Positions 45,372-54,779 of a stretch of DNA of 64,000 nt are shown in pieces (the stretch's first letter is position 1; each line of letters starts with the position of its first letter). Origin of the DNA: Candidatus Moraniibacteriota bacterium (GTDB taxonomy: Bacteria; Patescibacteriota; Minisyncoccia; Moranbacterales; GWC2-37-73); NCBI GenBank assembly GCA_013336225.1, contig JAAXUC010000001.1, positions 35,949 through 99,948 of the forward strand. Direction: 5' to 3'. The notes under the pieces were generated by a model. The model saw only the letters and a program-made list of their open reading frames with translations. It did no database searches and was not told where the DNA came from. Position numbers and translations under genes: made by a program.

Positions 45372-45443
45372 TAGCGCCAAGGAGAATCGGACTCCTGTTA
45401 CCAGGATGAAAACCTGGTGTCCTAACCACTAGACGATGGCGCC
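45372..45443 (-). tRNA. tRNA-Glu (anticodon TTC)
   Basis: Reverse complement GGCGCCATCGTCTAGTGGTTAGGACACCAGGTTTTCATCCTGGTAACAGGAGTCCGATTCTCCTTGGCGCTA. It parallels canonical tRNA-Glu. Confidence 0.85.
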
Positions 45444-45566
45444 ATTAGAAATAGCTTCTAGGCTTTAGCTTCTTAGCTTTTTAGAAAAAACGCTAGGAAA
45501 TGCTATAAAACGGTAACAAGAGATAGTTTAGCATAAATAAAAAATAAATCAAGGGGGTGCGCTTCC

Positions 45567-46193
45567 TTGAATAATTTGCCTCTTAGGCATACAATTGGGT
45601 ATATGGAACAAACAGGGCAACATATTTTTGAATTCTTGAGGCACTATGGCTATTGGGCGATGCTACCCTTAATGATTATTGAGGGTCCAATTGCAACCAT
45701 TATTGCGGCGATGTTAGCATCGCTGGGTGCTTTTGCTTGGCCGATGGTGCTATTTTTTTCAATCCTGGGAGATATTTTGGGAGACGTTCTTTTGTATGGT
45801 GCAGGATATAGATGGGGGATGGGATTTGTGCATGGTGTTGGAAAATACATGGGAATCACGGAAGCCCTGGTTTTGAAAATGGAAAAATATTTTGAAAAAC
45901 ACGGCGGCAAGACCATTTTTGCGGTGAAATCAACCACTGGACTTTGTTGGACAACTTTTGCAGCGGCCGGAATTGTGAAAATGGATTTCAAGAAATTTTT
46001 GAAATATTCACTTTTGGGCGGAGTTGTTTGGAGTGGATTTTTGGTGGCGATGGGATATTTCTATGGATTTCTTTGGAAAGAAATGAAGCAATATATCAGC
46101 TGGGTTGGCTGGATCATCTTTGTGGTTGCTGCAATTTCTTTTGTGATAATCACCCTGTATAAAAAGAAACAATCTGAGAAATTTGTTGAATAA
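45567..46193 (+). CDS. DedA/TVP38 family membrane protein
   Basis: LGDILGDVLLYGAGYRWG matches the DedA block LGD.LGY.LGRR.G. Multiple TM helices are present. Confidence 0.7.
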   Translation: MNNLPLRHTIGYMEQTGQHIFEFLRHYGYWAMLPLMIIEGPIATIIAAMLASLGAFAWPMVLFFSILGDILGDVLLYGAGYRWGMGFVHGVGKYMGITEALVLKMEKYFEKHGGKTIFAVKSTTGLCWTTFAAAGIVKMDFKKFLKYSLLGGVVWSGFLVAMGYFYGFLWKEMKQYISWVGWIIFVVAAISFVIITLYKKKQSEKFVE

Positions 46194-46260
46194 AAATATT
46201 TTGCCAAAGAAAAAAGCCGTCCAGAATCTGGGCGGCTTTTGTTTTGTTAAACATTTGAAC

Positions 46261-47127
46261 TCATTTAATGAGATTGAAAATGAAGTTATCAATTTCTTTG
46301 GCAGTCAAATCACTGCCAAACATGGTCGTGTTGTGCCATAAGTGTGGCAATGGCACATAAATAAGGCCATCACAATCAAGTGTGCGCGTGAATAGAGAAT
46401 CTTTTTCCCCATACATGCAGCGCACTTGCTTTTCTTTTAAAATTTTCCGGAGTGTTTTTAGGCTGTGATCATTGCAAAGAATGTTGCATTCTCTTATGCG
46501 CTGACGAATTCGGTCAAATGTAAATGGAGATTTTTCTTTGGGTAGGAATTTTTTAAGCTCTTTCCACTTGGGATTCCCACTGAATTTCCTGGCATGACCA
46601 ATTCCATTTGCAAGAAATTTAAGTCCAAGCTCCAAAAAGTTTCTCTTTTGAAATCCAACTGGATCAAGCAATGTCAGGCTAGCCACAATATTTGGATTTA
46701 TTAAAGTCAATTCTGTGATTATGGAAGCGCCCATCGAATGACCAACCCAATGAATATTTTTGCCGGGAAATATCTTTTTGGCCCAATCATTGAGATAAAT
46801 GGCATCTTCCAAAAAATCAGACCATGTAAACATTGGCGGATTGTCAGAATTTCCATATCCTAGCATTGAAACCATAGTCATTTGATAACCAAGAGTTGCC
46901 AACTCATAGCCGAGAAGAGAACTGCCGGTCCAACCAGATCCAAATCCACAGACCAACACAATTACGTCAATAAAAGAAATTGGATCTTTATTATCAATGG
47001 TGCAGTAATTTATATAGCAAGTTTTTGAATTGATACTTATATCGGCATATTCACTTTTTTGTAACTGCGGCCCGATAACTTTGTGGATAAAATTGTAATC
47101 TTCTCTGGAAATCAGCTCGTGTGCCAT
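46261..47127 (-). CDS. Alpha/beta hydrolase fold protein
   Basis: The nucleophile elbow is GHSMGA (G-x-S-x-G), with an oxyanion HGF-type region upstream. Confidence 0.7.
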   Translation of the reverse strand: MAHELISREDYNFIHKVIGPQLQKSEYADISINSKTCYINYCTIDNKDPISFIDVIVLVCGFGSGWTGSSLLGYELATLGYQMTMVSMLGYGNSDNPPMFTWSDFLEDAIYLNDWAKKIFPGKNIHWVGHSMGASIITELTLINPNIVASLTLLDPVGFQKRNFLELGLKFLANGIGHARKFSGNPKWKELKKFLPKEKSPFTFDRIRQRIRECNILCNDHSLKTLRKILKEKQVRCMYGEKDSLFTRTLDCDGLIYVPLPHLWHNTTMFGSDLTAKEIDNFIFNLIK

Positions 47128-47277
47128 GTGTAGCCTCCTTTGTTTGCGTGCAGGATTTGGAAAATAAGAAAATATTGAATTGTTAAGGAATATGAAATTA
47201 TACGGTAATAATGTGAAATGTCAAGGTTTTGGGTTGCAAAAAAGGCTAAATCGGAGTACTCTTAGACATAGAAATAT

Positions 47278-48123
47278 ATGGTACAAAGACTTGTAAAATT
47301 TGTTGGAAAAGCCGCAGGAAAGGCAAAAAGTGTTCTTTTTGCTGATCCTAGGATGCTTTATGAAGAAGAACGGCAATTTCTCAATCAGCCGTTTTTTTTC
47401 GCTGGGCAAAATGGCAAAGGAGTGCTTCTCGTGCATGGCTGGACATCGACTCCATATGAGCTGAGACGTTTGGGGAAATATTTGAATGAAAATGGTTACA
47501 CTGTCCTGGGGATTCAATTGACTGGACATGGCACGGTGCCAAAGGACATTGAAGATGTGAAGTGGTCTGTTTGGATGAATGATATTAAAAATGGCTACGC
47601 GCAGCTCAAAAAGACTTGCGACAAGGTGTATATTGGCGGCACTTCCATTGGGGCAGTTTTAACCATGATGATGGCAAAAGAAAATCCTGAAATTGCTGGC
47701 ATCATTTTGATGGCCACTCCATATAAAATAAGACAAGAAAAGCTTGTGACAACAGCAGCCAAAATCGCAATTTTATTTGGGCAAAAATATCGCAAGAAAT
47801 TCTATCCTCCAACCTTTGGTATTTCTTCAACCATCACGCGCTTGATTTCATATCAAACCTATCCAATCAAGAGCGCCTTGGAAACTTTTGACTTAATCAA
47901 GGAGACCAGGAAAAATCTGGATAAAATCATGCAACCGTGTTTGCTGATGCAATCAACACATGATCATGTGGTGGAAAAAAACAGCATGGAAAATATCTAT
48001 AATGAAATTGGTTCTGAAATCAAAAAGAAAATATATATTGAAAAAGCCTATCACACCTTCATCTCCGATATTAAAAATGAGCACATTTTCATGGATATCC
48101 TGGAATTTCTGGATGGAAATTGA
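47278..48123 (+). CDS. Alpha/beta hydrolase (carboxylesterase/lysophospholipase-like)
   Basis: LLVHGWTSTPYEL and GGTSIGA (G-x-S-x-G) are present, with a C-terminal His region. Confidence 0.7.
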   Translation: MVQRLVKFVGKAAGKAKSVLFADPRMLYEEERQFLNQPFFFAGQNGKGVLLVHGWTSTPYELRRLGKYLNENGYTVLGIQLTGHGTVPKDIEDVKWSVWMNDIKNGYAQLKKTCDKVYIGGTSIGAVLTMMMAKENPEIAGIILMATPYKIRQEKLVTTAAKIAILFGQKYRKKFYPPTFGISSTITRLISYQTYPIKSALETFDLIKETRKNLDKIMQPCLLMQSTHDHVVEKNSMENIYNEIGSEIKKKIYIEKAYHTFISDIKNEHIFMDILEFLDGN

Positions 48124-48281
48124 GTTTTTTTATTTGAGATTATTTCGTGCTTTTATTTGTATCTACAAATTTTTAATTTTTAATTTATAATTTTTAATCA
48201 AATCTAAATTTCTGAATTTTTAAATTAAGACATTGAAAATTCATTTCAAATTTCGAATTTCAAATTAAAAATTTTGGAAAT
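48124..48281. repeat. Palindromic intergenic heptamer-arm element, copy R4 (more degenerate)
   Basis: Tandem AATTTTTAATTT arms, a central hairpin, and a right arm of AATTTCGAATTTCAAATT, directly upstream of the GT4 start. Confidence 0.5.
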
Positions 48282-49460
48282 ATGCGCGTAGCGATATTTA
48301 CAAATAATTACCTGCCTAATCCTTATGGCGTTGCGGGATCAATCGAAAGTTTTCGCAAGGAATTTGAAAAGCTTGGACACAATGTCTATATTTTTGCGCC
48401 GGAGACAAAGGGCTATGTAAATGAAAATCCGCATGTCTTTTTTTATTCTGCACTTAATTTGAGATTTAAAAATATCAAGTTTCCAATTGCAATTCCATAT
48501 TCCTACCGCGTTGATAGGATTTTGGAAAAATTGGAAATTGATGTGGTGCATTGTCAGCATCCAAATTTACTTGGAAGTGCTGGGAAAAAATGGGCGCAGA
48601 AAAAAAACGTACCCTTGGTTTTCACTTGGCACACTTTGTATGACAAATATGCTCATTTTGTGCCACTTATTCCCAGCTCTTGGGCTGCTAAATGGGCGAT
48701 TGGAAATGCAGTTGGCTTTGCCAATGATTGCGATCAAATTGTGGTTCCCACGCAGGGCGTGAAAAACATTATTGAAGCTTGGGGAGTTATAAATGAAAAT
48801 ATTGTTGCAATTCCAACTGGCGTGCAAGAAAGTTTGGTTGCAACTGATGGCAGAGAAAAAGCTCGCCACGAATATGAAATTACTGATGATGAAATTGTGA
48901 TCACGTTGGTTTGTCGCATCACACCTGAAAAAAACGTGCTTTTCCTGGCTAATGCGATGAAAAATATTTTGCAGAAAAATGAAAAAGCAATTTTTGTGTT
49001 GGCTGGTGACGGCAGCGATTTGGCAGAGGTGAAAAAAATGTTAACCAATGACAAGATTGGTCAGCGGTTCAGGTTTTTTGGCATCGTGAACAGCGAAGAA
49101 AAAAGCAGGATTTATGCGATGTCGGACATTTTCGTGTATGCCTCAAAATCAGAAACCCAAGGCATGGTACTGACAGAGGCGATGAGTGCTGGCTTGCCGA
49201 TTGTGGCAGTGGAAGCCACTGGCGCAAAAGACTTGGTGGAAAATGGCCAAACAGGATTTTTGGTCGAAGAAAATGAAACTGCTTTTGTTAATGCAGTGCA
49301 AAAATTGATTGATGGGGAAAATTTGCGAAAAAGTTTTGGTGAAAATGCCAGAAAAATTGCCATGGAAAAATATACCAGTCAAGCTTGCGCCGCAAAAATG
49401 CTGGCTGTTTATGAGGAGGTTGTTAAAAGAAGAAAGCAGCTAAACCCTCATCTGTCATGA
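48282..49460 (+). CDS. Glycosyltransferase family 4
   Basis: The GT-B C-terminal block is YASKSETQGMVLTEAMSAGLPIVAVEATGAKDLV. Confidence 0.8.
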   Translation: MRVAIFTNNYLPNPYGVAGSIESFRKEFEKLGHNVYIFAPETKGYVNENPHVFFYSALNLRFKNIKFPIAIPYSYRVDRILEKLEIDVVHCQHPNLLGSAGKKWAQKKNVPLVFTWHTLYDKYAHFVPLIPSSWAAKWAIGNAVGFANDCDQIVVPTQGVKNIIEAWGVINENIVAIPTGVQESLVATDGREKARHEYEITDDEIVITLVCRITPEKNVLFLANAMKNILQKNEKAIFVLAGDGSDLAEVKKMLTNDKIGQRFRFFGIVNSEEKSRIYAMSDIFVYASKSETQGMVLTEAMSAGLPIVAVEATGAKDLVENGQTGFLVEENETAFVNAVQKLIDGENLRKSFGENARKIAMEKYTSQACAAKMLAVYEEVVKRRKQLNPHLS

Positions 49461-49494
49461 GTACATGACATCTTCTCCCTGAGATGGAGAAGAA
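49445..49494 (+). repeat. Twin-hairpin element, copy 2. The GT4 stop codon TGA lies inside the first hairpin.
   Basis: CCTCATCTGTCATGAGTACATGACATCTTCTCC matches copy 1 at 31 of 33 positions. The second hairpin CTTCTCC-CTGAGAT-GGAGAAG shows a compensatory base change relative to CCTCTCC...GGAGAGG. Confidence 0.6.
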
Positions 49495-49633
49495 AACAAT
49501 GAAAGAGCTATTATAAGGAAAGAAAATAAAATAAGAAGGGTAGTAATTGATATTGATTATATAAAAAACAAAGTTGTTGAGTTTGGAATTTTCTTTATGA
49601 ACTTTTCACTTTATAAACTTTATAAACCAAATT

Positions 49634-50221
49634 ATGTACGAAGCAAAAAAATTTGATCACTTGCTGGGACTGGAAGGTTTTTCTGACAAATTGCTCACCA
49701 ATCATTTCACTTTGTATGAAGGATATGTGGCCAACACGAACAAAGCAGTAGATGCCATTGCTGGTCTTTTGGCAGAGGATAAATCGGGCACGCCTGAATT
49801 TGCTGAAATCACACGCAGATTTGGTTGGGAATTCAATGGAATGCGACTGCATGAACTGTATTTTGAAAACATGATGAAAGGCGGATCAGTCTTGGATGCA
49901 AATTCTCCACTTGGCCAGAAGATTGTCGAGCAATTTGGATCGATTGAGAATTGGGAAAAACATTTTCGAGCGGTGGCTGCCATGCGCGGAATTGGCTGGG
50001 TTGTGCTATATCTGGACAATGAAAGTGGCAAAATGTATAACATGTGGATAAATGAGCATGACGGTGGACATCTTTCCGGAGCGACACCACTGCTGGTGAT
50101 GGATGTGTTTGAACATGCCTACATCACTGACTATGAAATCAAAAGAGCTGCATATATTGATGCTTTTATGAAAAATATTTGTTTTCATGTGGCCAATGCG
50201 CGTTTCAGCTTGGTAAATTAG
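49634..50221 (+). CDS. Fe/Mn superoxide dismutase family protein (divergent N-terminus)
   Basis: The C-terminal signature DVFEHAYITDY corresponds to the SOD block D-x-W-E-H-A-Y-Y. Candidate His ligands are present (NHF, LHELYF). Confidence 0.7.
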   Translation: MYEAKKFDHLLGLEGFSDKLLTNHFTLYEGYVANTNKAVDAIAGLLAEDKSGTPEFAEITRRFGWEFNGMRLHELYFENMMKGGSVLDANSPLGQKIVEQFGSIENWEKHFRAVAAMRGIGWVVLYLDNESGKMYNMWINEHDGGHLSGATPLLVMDVFEHAYITDYEIKRAAYIDAFMKNICFHVANARFSLVN

Positions 50222-50238
50222 TAAATTTAGACATATTA

Positions 50239-50276
50239 AAAGAGCCGCTGAATAATATCAGACGGCTCTTTTTTGA
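50239..50276. terminator. Bidirectional rho-independent terminator
   Basis: AGAGCCGCTGAATAATATCAGACGGCTCTTTTTTG. Confidence 0.65.
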
Positions 50277-50291
50277 TTCTCTTAATTTTTC

Positions 50292-50927
50292 CTATGCAAG
50301 TGCAAGTGGAATACAAAATGGAACTTCAATGCAGCAATCATGACGATCTAGATAGATGTTTGTCCAATTGGTTTTGGCTGAAGTTGGACTTTTGACAACA
50401 AGACAGCCGGTAATCAGTTCGTCTTTTTCAACTAATTGCAGTGGCAGCAATGAATTTTCATTGCCATATAGAGCGATAGGGAGACGTGGAGCAAGTTCAA
50501 CCCAATTGGAGTTAGTGAGTTGAATGAGCACTGAATCATTGTATCCTCTGCGAATTTTTTCAACAACTTCAGTTGTTGTCAGTCTGTCTCCAATCTTGAG
50601 AGCCATTGGTTGAGCAAATTTAGCAGTGCGCAGCAGGTTTGATCCAGTTCCTTTTTCTTTCTCAAGCCATTGTTTGAGTCCGTAAATGGATGCTTGTCTT
50701 TGGTTGTAATCTTTTTCTGTCAGTGGCCAACCTGGAGGATTAATAGCGGTCAAATCCTTTGCCATGATCGTTCCTGTTTTATTGCAATCAGTATCATCAA
50801 AGATTACATGTGCCACTGAATCAAGATTAGTGTTTGCAAAGAAATATTTAATAACATTGCAAATCCTGCCAGCATGCTTTCCTTGATTTACCAAATAGCA
50901 AATACTTGAATCGTTAACAATAGACAT
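50292..50927 (-). CDS. Hypothetical protein (211 aa)
   Basis: A long ORF divergent from the gene at 51131. No recognisable motifs. Confidence 0.5.
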   Translation of the reverse strand: MSIVNDSSICYLVNQGKHAGRICNVIKYFFANTNLDSVAHVIFDDTDCNKTGTIMAKDLTAINPPGWPLTEKDYNQRQASIYGLKQWLEKEKGTGSNLLRTAKFAQPMALKIGDRLTTTEVVEKIRRGYNDSVLIQLTNSNWVELAPRLPIALYGNENSLLPLQLVEKDELITGCLVVKSPTSAKTNWTNIYLDRHDCCIEVPFCIPLALA

Positions 50928-51130
50928 GATCTGCCTCCTTTTTGTGTGAGTTTAATATTTGAATGTTAAGTTGCTTTCAGTTGATATTGAATATTACGGA
51001 TAAATTGAGAATAAGTCAACTAAAAACAGGGCAGACTTGACACCTGGGTCTTTTTGCCGTATCATCAACAATTGGTTCTTTGGCAGTTTAATATTTTGCA
51101 GCACCACTAAAAACAAGGAGGAAGTGCGAA

Positions 51131-51828
51131 TGAAGAAGAGGATTTTGGTTTCAGTTGATCACATGTATGCCATGGGGGTAACAGCTGTAGCACTGATTGA
51201 AAAGTTGGAAAAGAGACTTAAAAGCAAGCGTTATTTGGTGTTTTCACATTCTTGTCCAGATGTTCCACGAGCCATTTTGCAAGCCCCAATGTTTCTTGCG
51301 CAGCATCCTTATGTGGGAAATTCTTTCTGGTTTGATTTTGGGACGGAACTTTTGACTAAGGCTAAGGTGTGCGAAGAAATCATGTCACAATGGAAAATCT
51401 CCCTGGATGCCAATGAGGGAATGGTCATTTTTTGTAAAAACATGAATGGCACCATTGTTCATGGCTTGCTTAGAAATCCAAATTGGCATGAGGATGGCAT
51501 GGATGGAATTGAAGATCGCATGCGTTGTGGAATTTCATTGGGAGAGCAGGTTTCTCCCGATCTCAACATTCTGTTGGATGCAACTTCGGAAAGTGTTTTA
51601 CCTGTGTATCAAAAAAGTATTAATGATTGTTTGGAGCAATTTGATGATCCTGTAAAAAAGGAAAACATGAGAGTCTTTTTCGAAGAAATTGATTTTCTTT
51701 CTCATCGTCAATTGTATTTGGATGAGTTTGCTCGCATGGGAAACAAAGCTTTGACACTCAACACCGAGATTGGCATGGATGAAATGGTGGAAGAAGCTGC
51801 AAAAAGAATCGAAGAATTGCTCAGCTAG
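51131..51828 (+). CDS. Hypothetical protein (233 aa). The start is chosen at the ATG with the RBS AAGGAGGAAGTGCGAATG rather than the longer ORF from 51037.
   Basis: A strong RBS at 51116-51127. No recognisable motifs. Confidence 0.5.
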
Positions 51829-51959
51829 TAAAGCTTGCGGGCAAAATTCACAACAAAAGGGCTATTTCAATTGAAATAGCCCTTTTTTCTATGACGGTAT
51901 TAAAACACTGGACAAAATATATATTTCGTTTATAATTGGAAGAGTTAGAAATTGAGAAA

Positions 51960-52031
51960 GCGGGTGTCGTATAGTGGCTATTATATCAGCCTTCCAAGCT
52001 GAGGAGGGGAGTTCGATTCTCCCTACCCGCT
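51960..52031 (+). tRNA. tRNA-Gly (anticodon TCC)
   Basis: GCGGGTG...TCAGC-CTTCCAA-GCTGA-GGAG-GGGAG-TTCGATT-CTCCC-TACCCGC-T; it parallels canonical tRNA-Gly. Confidence 0.85.
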
Positions 52032-52043
52032 CAAAATGATGAA

Positions 52044-52070
52044 ATCTCAAGTCTTAGGACTTGGGATTTT
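52044..52070. terminator. Terminator hairpin shared by tRNA-Gly and the convergent repeat element
   Basis: ATCTCAAGTCTTAGGACTTGGGATTTTTT. Confidence 0.55.
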
Positions 52071-52084
52071 TTCGTTTTTAACAT

Positions 52085-52142
52085 GGGTAGGGAGAATCGA
52101 ACTCGGCAGCAGTTAGATATGCGTGAAGGCGAATAATCGAGC
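52085..52142 (-). repeat. Partial copy (3' portion, about 58 nt) of the tRNA-associated element, ending in an inverted mimic of the tRNA-Gly T-arm/acceptor
   Basis: The reverse complement GCTCGATTATTCGCCTTCACGCATATCTAACTGCTGCCGAGTTCGATTCTCCCTACCC aligns almost base-for-base with element B, CGATTATTCGCCTTCGCTCATATCTCACTGCTGCCGAGTCCGATTCTC... Confidence 0.55.
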
Positions 52143-52160
52143 TATTGAAAGATGCATGAC

Positions 52161-52189
52161 TTGACCTCACTCTTTTCTCATGCGATAAT
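52161..52189 (+). promoter_or_regulatory. Sigma-70-type promoter (TTGACC, 17 nt, GATAAT) for the gene at 52270
   Basis: Hexamers and spacing were read directly. The implied 5' UTR is about 75 nt. Confidence 0.45.
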
Positions 52190-52269
52190 CTTAAATCATT
52201 CTTTAACAATTTTTAGTGTTTTTTGCATGCCACTTTGTGTTGGCAATCTCATTTAACAGGGAGGCTGAA

Positions 52270-52653
52270 ATGAAAGAGAAAAAGCCTGGAAACATGGGAA
52301 AATTTAAGGGTGGAAGGCTTAGAAAAGGCGATGATGCGGTGCGTCTCATTGAAGATGGCGGTGAAATCGAAGAAAGCAAATGCAAAGTTGTCAAAATTGG
52401 CAGGCATAAGATTGTTTGCGCAATCAAAACTGCAAAGGCTGGCTTAAAGAAGAATGTATTAACGGATATAGCTTTTGATAGAAAAACAGGCATACATTCG
52501 GATGGAAAGAAAAATGGTTGGCTTAAGAATCCACCAAAGCCTGCAGTCAAGAAAAAAAATGATGATAATGAAGAAAATGCTGTTTGTATTCAATCAATAA
52601 AAAATTCAAGAGGAGTTCAAGATGAAGTGTCATTATGGGACTACTGTAGTTGA
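52270..52653 (+). CDS. Hypothetical lysine-rich protein (127 aa). The start is chosen at the ATG with the RBS GGGAGGCTGAAATG.
   Basis: Its 3' end overlaps the PHP gene start by about 30 nt. No recognisable motifs. Confidence 0.45.
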   Translation: MKEKKPGNMGKFKGGRLRKGDDAVRLIEDGGEIEESKCKVVKIGRHKIVCAIKTAKAGLKKNVLTDIAFDRKTGIHSDGKKNGWLKNPPKPAVKKKNDDNEENAVCIQSIKNSRGVQDEVSLWDYCS

Positions 52654-53515
52654 TTTGCACATCCATTCCAATTATTCGGATGGAACACGCAGCCCCAAGA
52701 AGATTGTGGCTTTGGCTCAAAAGGCTGGTCTGAAAGCAATTGCGCTCACTGATCATGACACGGTTGCTGGCGTTGATGAATTTTTGAAATATGCAGCAAA
52801 GACTAAGCTGACAGTTTCTCCTGCGATAGAAGTTACATCTTTTCAGATGGGCGTGGAAGTGCACATTCTTGGTTATGGAATTAATCACGCACATCGCAAT
52901 ATTGGTAATCTTTTTCTTAAAAATATTGAAGCGCGCAGAGAGAGGCTTAATAGGACTCTCGAGCTTCTCGACAAGCATGGGATTATTCAAGCGACTGAAG
53001 CTGAAATTGCTGATTGGTTTAATTATGATGGGCCGGTTATTTCCATTTATCATTTGATTGAATATGTTTCCAGGATGCTTAGAAGGAATTTTCTTGAAGT
53101 GAAAAAACTTTTCAAGCGTGGTGGTGTTGCTTGGGTGTCATATGACTATTCCAAGTTACTTTCCGCCGATGAAGCAGTCAGGATCATCACTAGAGAACTC
53201 GGAGGAGTTGCGGTGTTGGCTCATCCAGGAAAAATTTTAAAGGCTGCTTCCTATGGCGAAGAATATTTTCATCAAAATTCTTGGCACATCCTGCATGTTT
53301 TGCTGAGCGACTTGAAAAGAGAGGGACTTGGTGGAATTGAATCTTTTCATCCAGCACATGATCAAGCTCAACAAGAAAATCTTGTCGCAATTTCGAAAAA
53401 ATTAGGTCTACACAACACTGCAGGTTCTGATTTCCATGGCGGTAAATTCAAGAAAAATAAAAAACTTGGAATGCCAGGAATTGGCACAGCTGATTTTTTA
53501 AGCTTAATCAGCTAG
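52622..53515 (+). CDS. PHP-domain metal-dependent phosphoesterase (TrpH/YciV-like)
   Basis: VDLHIHSNYSDGT is the PHP N-terminal motif, and His/Asp clusters follow downstream. A strong RBS AGAGGAG is present. Confidence 0.75.
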   Translation: MKCHYGTTVVDLHIHSNYSDGTRSPKKIVALAQKAGLKAIALTDHDTVAGVDEFLKYAAKTKLTVSPAIEVTSFQMGVEVHILGYGINHAHRNIGNLFLKNIEARRERLNRTLELLDKHGIIQATEAEIADWFNYDGPVISIYHLIEYVSRMLRRNFLEVKKLFKRGGVAWVSYDYSKLLSADEAVRIITRELGGVAVLAHPGKILKAASYGEEYFHQNSWHILHVLLSDLKREGLGGIESFHPAHDQAQQENLVAISKKLGLHNTAGSDFHGGKFKKNKKLGMPGIGTADFLSLIS

Positions 53516-53546
53516 CAGTAAAAGGCTCTGATGAAATGAGGAAATT

Positions 53547-53577
53547 TGGACTATCGAAAAATCGATAGTCCTTTTTT
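53547..53577 (+). terminator. Rho-independent terminator
   Basis: GGACTATCGAAAAATCGATAGTCCTTTTTT. Confidence 0.65.
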
Positions 53578-53667
53578 GTTGACTTCTGTGTGATTTTTCC
53601 TTATGATTGATAACTAATGAAACAGTAATTTTACATTTAAATATCCGATAATAATAGGAGGCGCTAA

Positions 53668-54633
53668 ATGAATTTTCAAATTGATGAGCTTGAAATTGAG
53701 TTGCTGCTTGATGTTGTGGGTAAAAGTGAAGATGGGCCAAGTGATGAGGAACTTGAAAGCATCGAGGGTGAGAATGAATTCTTGACTGAAGTTATCCTTA
53801 CGGAAGAAAGTGGGAGTGATATTGCCAGAAAATATCTTAATGAAATTGGAGCATGGCCAATCCTGACTAGAGAAGAAGAAATTGATTTGGCTCAGAAAAT
53901 TGAAAATGGTGACAGAGATGCATTTGAAAAATTTGTGAATTCAAATCTGAAATTGGTTGTGAAATGGGCCAAGCGTTACTGCGAAAATTATCATCTTAAA
54001 TTTCTAGACTGTGTTCAAGAAGGTAATTTCGGATTGATGAAAGGTGTTGAAAAATTTGATTGGAGGAGGGGGTTTAAATTTTCAACTTATGGCAGTTGGT
54101 GGATAAAGCAAGCAATTCAGCGAGCCATTAAGGATAATGACAGAACTATCCGTCTGCCTGTTCATATTAGTGAAATGTTATCAAAAATTTGGAAAGCAAG
54201 AAGGGAACTAGTGCTTTCCTTGGGATGTAATCCATCAACTTTGCAAATTGCAGAGCATATGGGTGTTCCAGAACAACTGGTCGTTAAGCTTTTTAGGAAA
54301 ATGTGTGACACAAAATCGCTGCAAGACCAACTTTCGAGTGATGATGATGGCACTGAGCTTGGCGATCTTTTGGAAGATAAAAATGGCTGTTGTCCTGAGG
54401 AGACTGCGCAAATAGTGCAGTTGGGTGATAAGCTCAGGCAATCTATTGATAGCTTACCAGAGGAACAGAGACAAGTTGTCATTTTCAAATGTATTGAAAA
54501 TTTACCAAACACTATAATTGCTGAAAGACTTGGCGTGAAACCTGGAAAAGTTAATGAGGTCTGGATACGAGCGAGAAAGAAGTTGATTGTATCAAAGGAT
54601 CTCAGAAAACTGTTGTCAGAATTTTGCAAATGA
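53668..54633 (+). CDS. Sigma-70 family RNA polymerase sigma factor (RpoD/SigA-like paralog with an acidic N-terminus)
   Basis: Region 1.2/2.1 (YLNEIGAWPILTREEEIDLAQKIENGD), region 2.4 (FSTYGSWWIKQAIQRAI), and region 4.2 (IIAERLGVKPGKVNEVWIRARKKL). Confidence 0.8.
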   Translation: MNFQIDELEIELLLDVVGKSEDGPSDEELESIEGENEFLTEVILTEESGSDIARKYLNEIGAWPILTREEEIDLAQKIENGDRDAFEKFVNSNLKLVVKWAKRYCENYHLKFLDCVQEGNFGLMKGVEKFDWRRGFKFSTYGSWWIKQAIQRAIKDNDRTIRLPVHISEMLSKIWKARRELVLSLGCNPSTLQIAEHMGVPEQLVVKLFRKMCDTKSLQDQLSSDDDGTELGDLLEDKNGCCPEETAQIVQLGDKLRQSIDSLPEEQRQVVIFKCIENLPNTIIAERLGVKPGKVNEVWIRARKKLIVSKDLRKLLSEFCK

Positions 54634-54640
54634 ATTTGTT

Positions 54641-54677
54641 CCACCTAAACCATATTTGGTTTAGGTGGATTTTTTTA
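54641..54677 (+). terminator. Rho-independent terminator
   Basis: CCACCTAAACCATATTTGGTTTAGGTGGATTTTTTT. Confidence 0.65.
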
Positions 54678-54779
54678 TAAACAATAATCCGAGTTGCTTT
54701 TATCTAGATTAAGTGCTTAAATGATAAACTAGCTTTTTGAAAAAATATAAACCAACTTGCAGTTGAGAAAGGGGGATAT

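Noticed and set aside
51037-51130. The longer N-terminal extension (start at 51037) of the 51131 gene given by the ORF track
   Set aside because: The in-frame ATG at 51131 is preceded by a strong AAGGAGGAAG RBS, whereas 51037 has none. The extension is hydrophobic and low-complexity and is probably untranslated.
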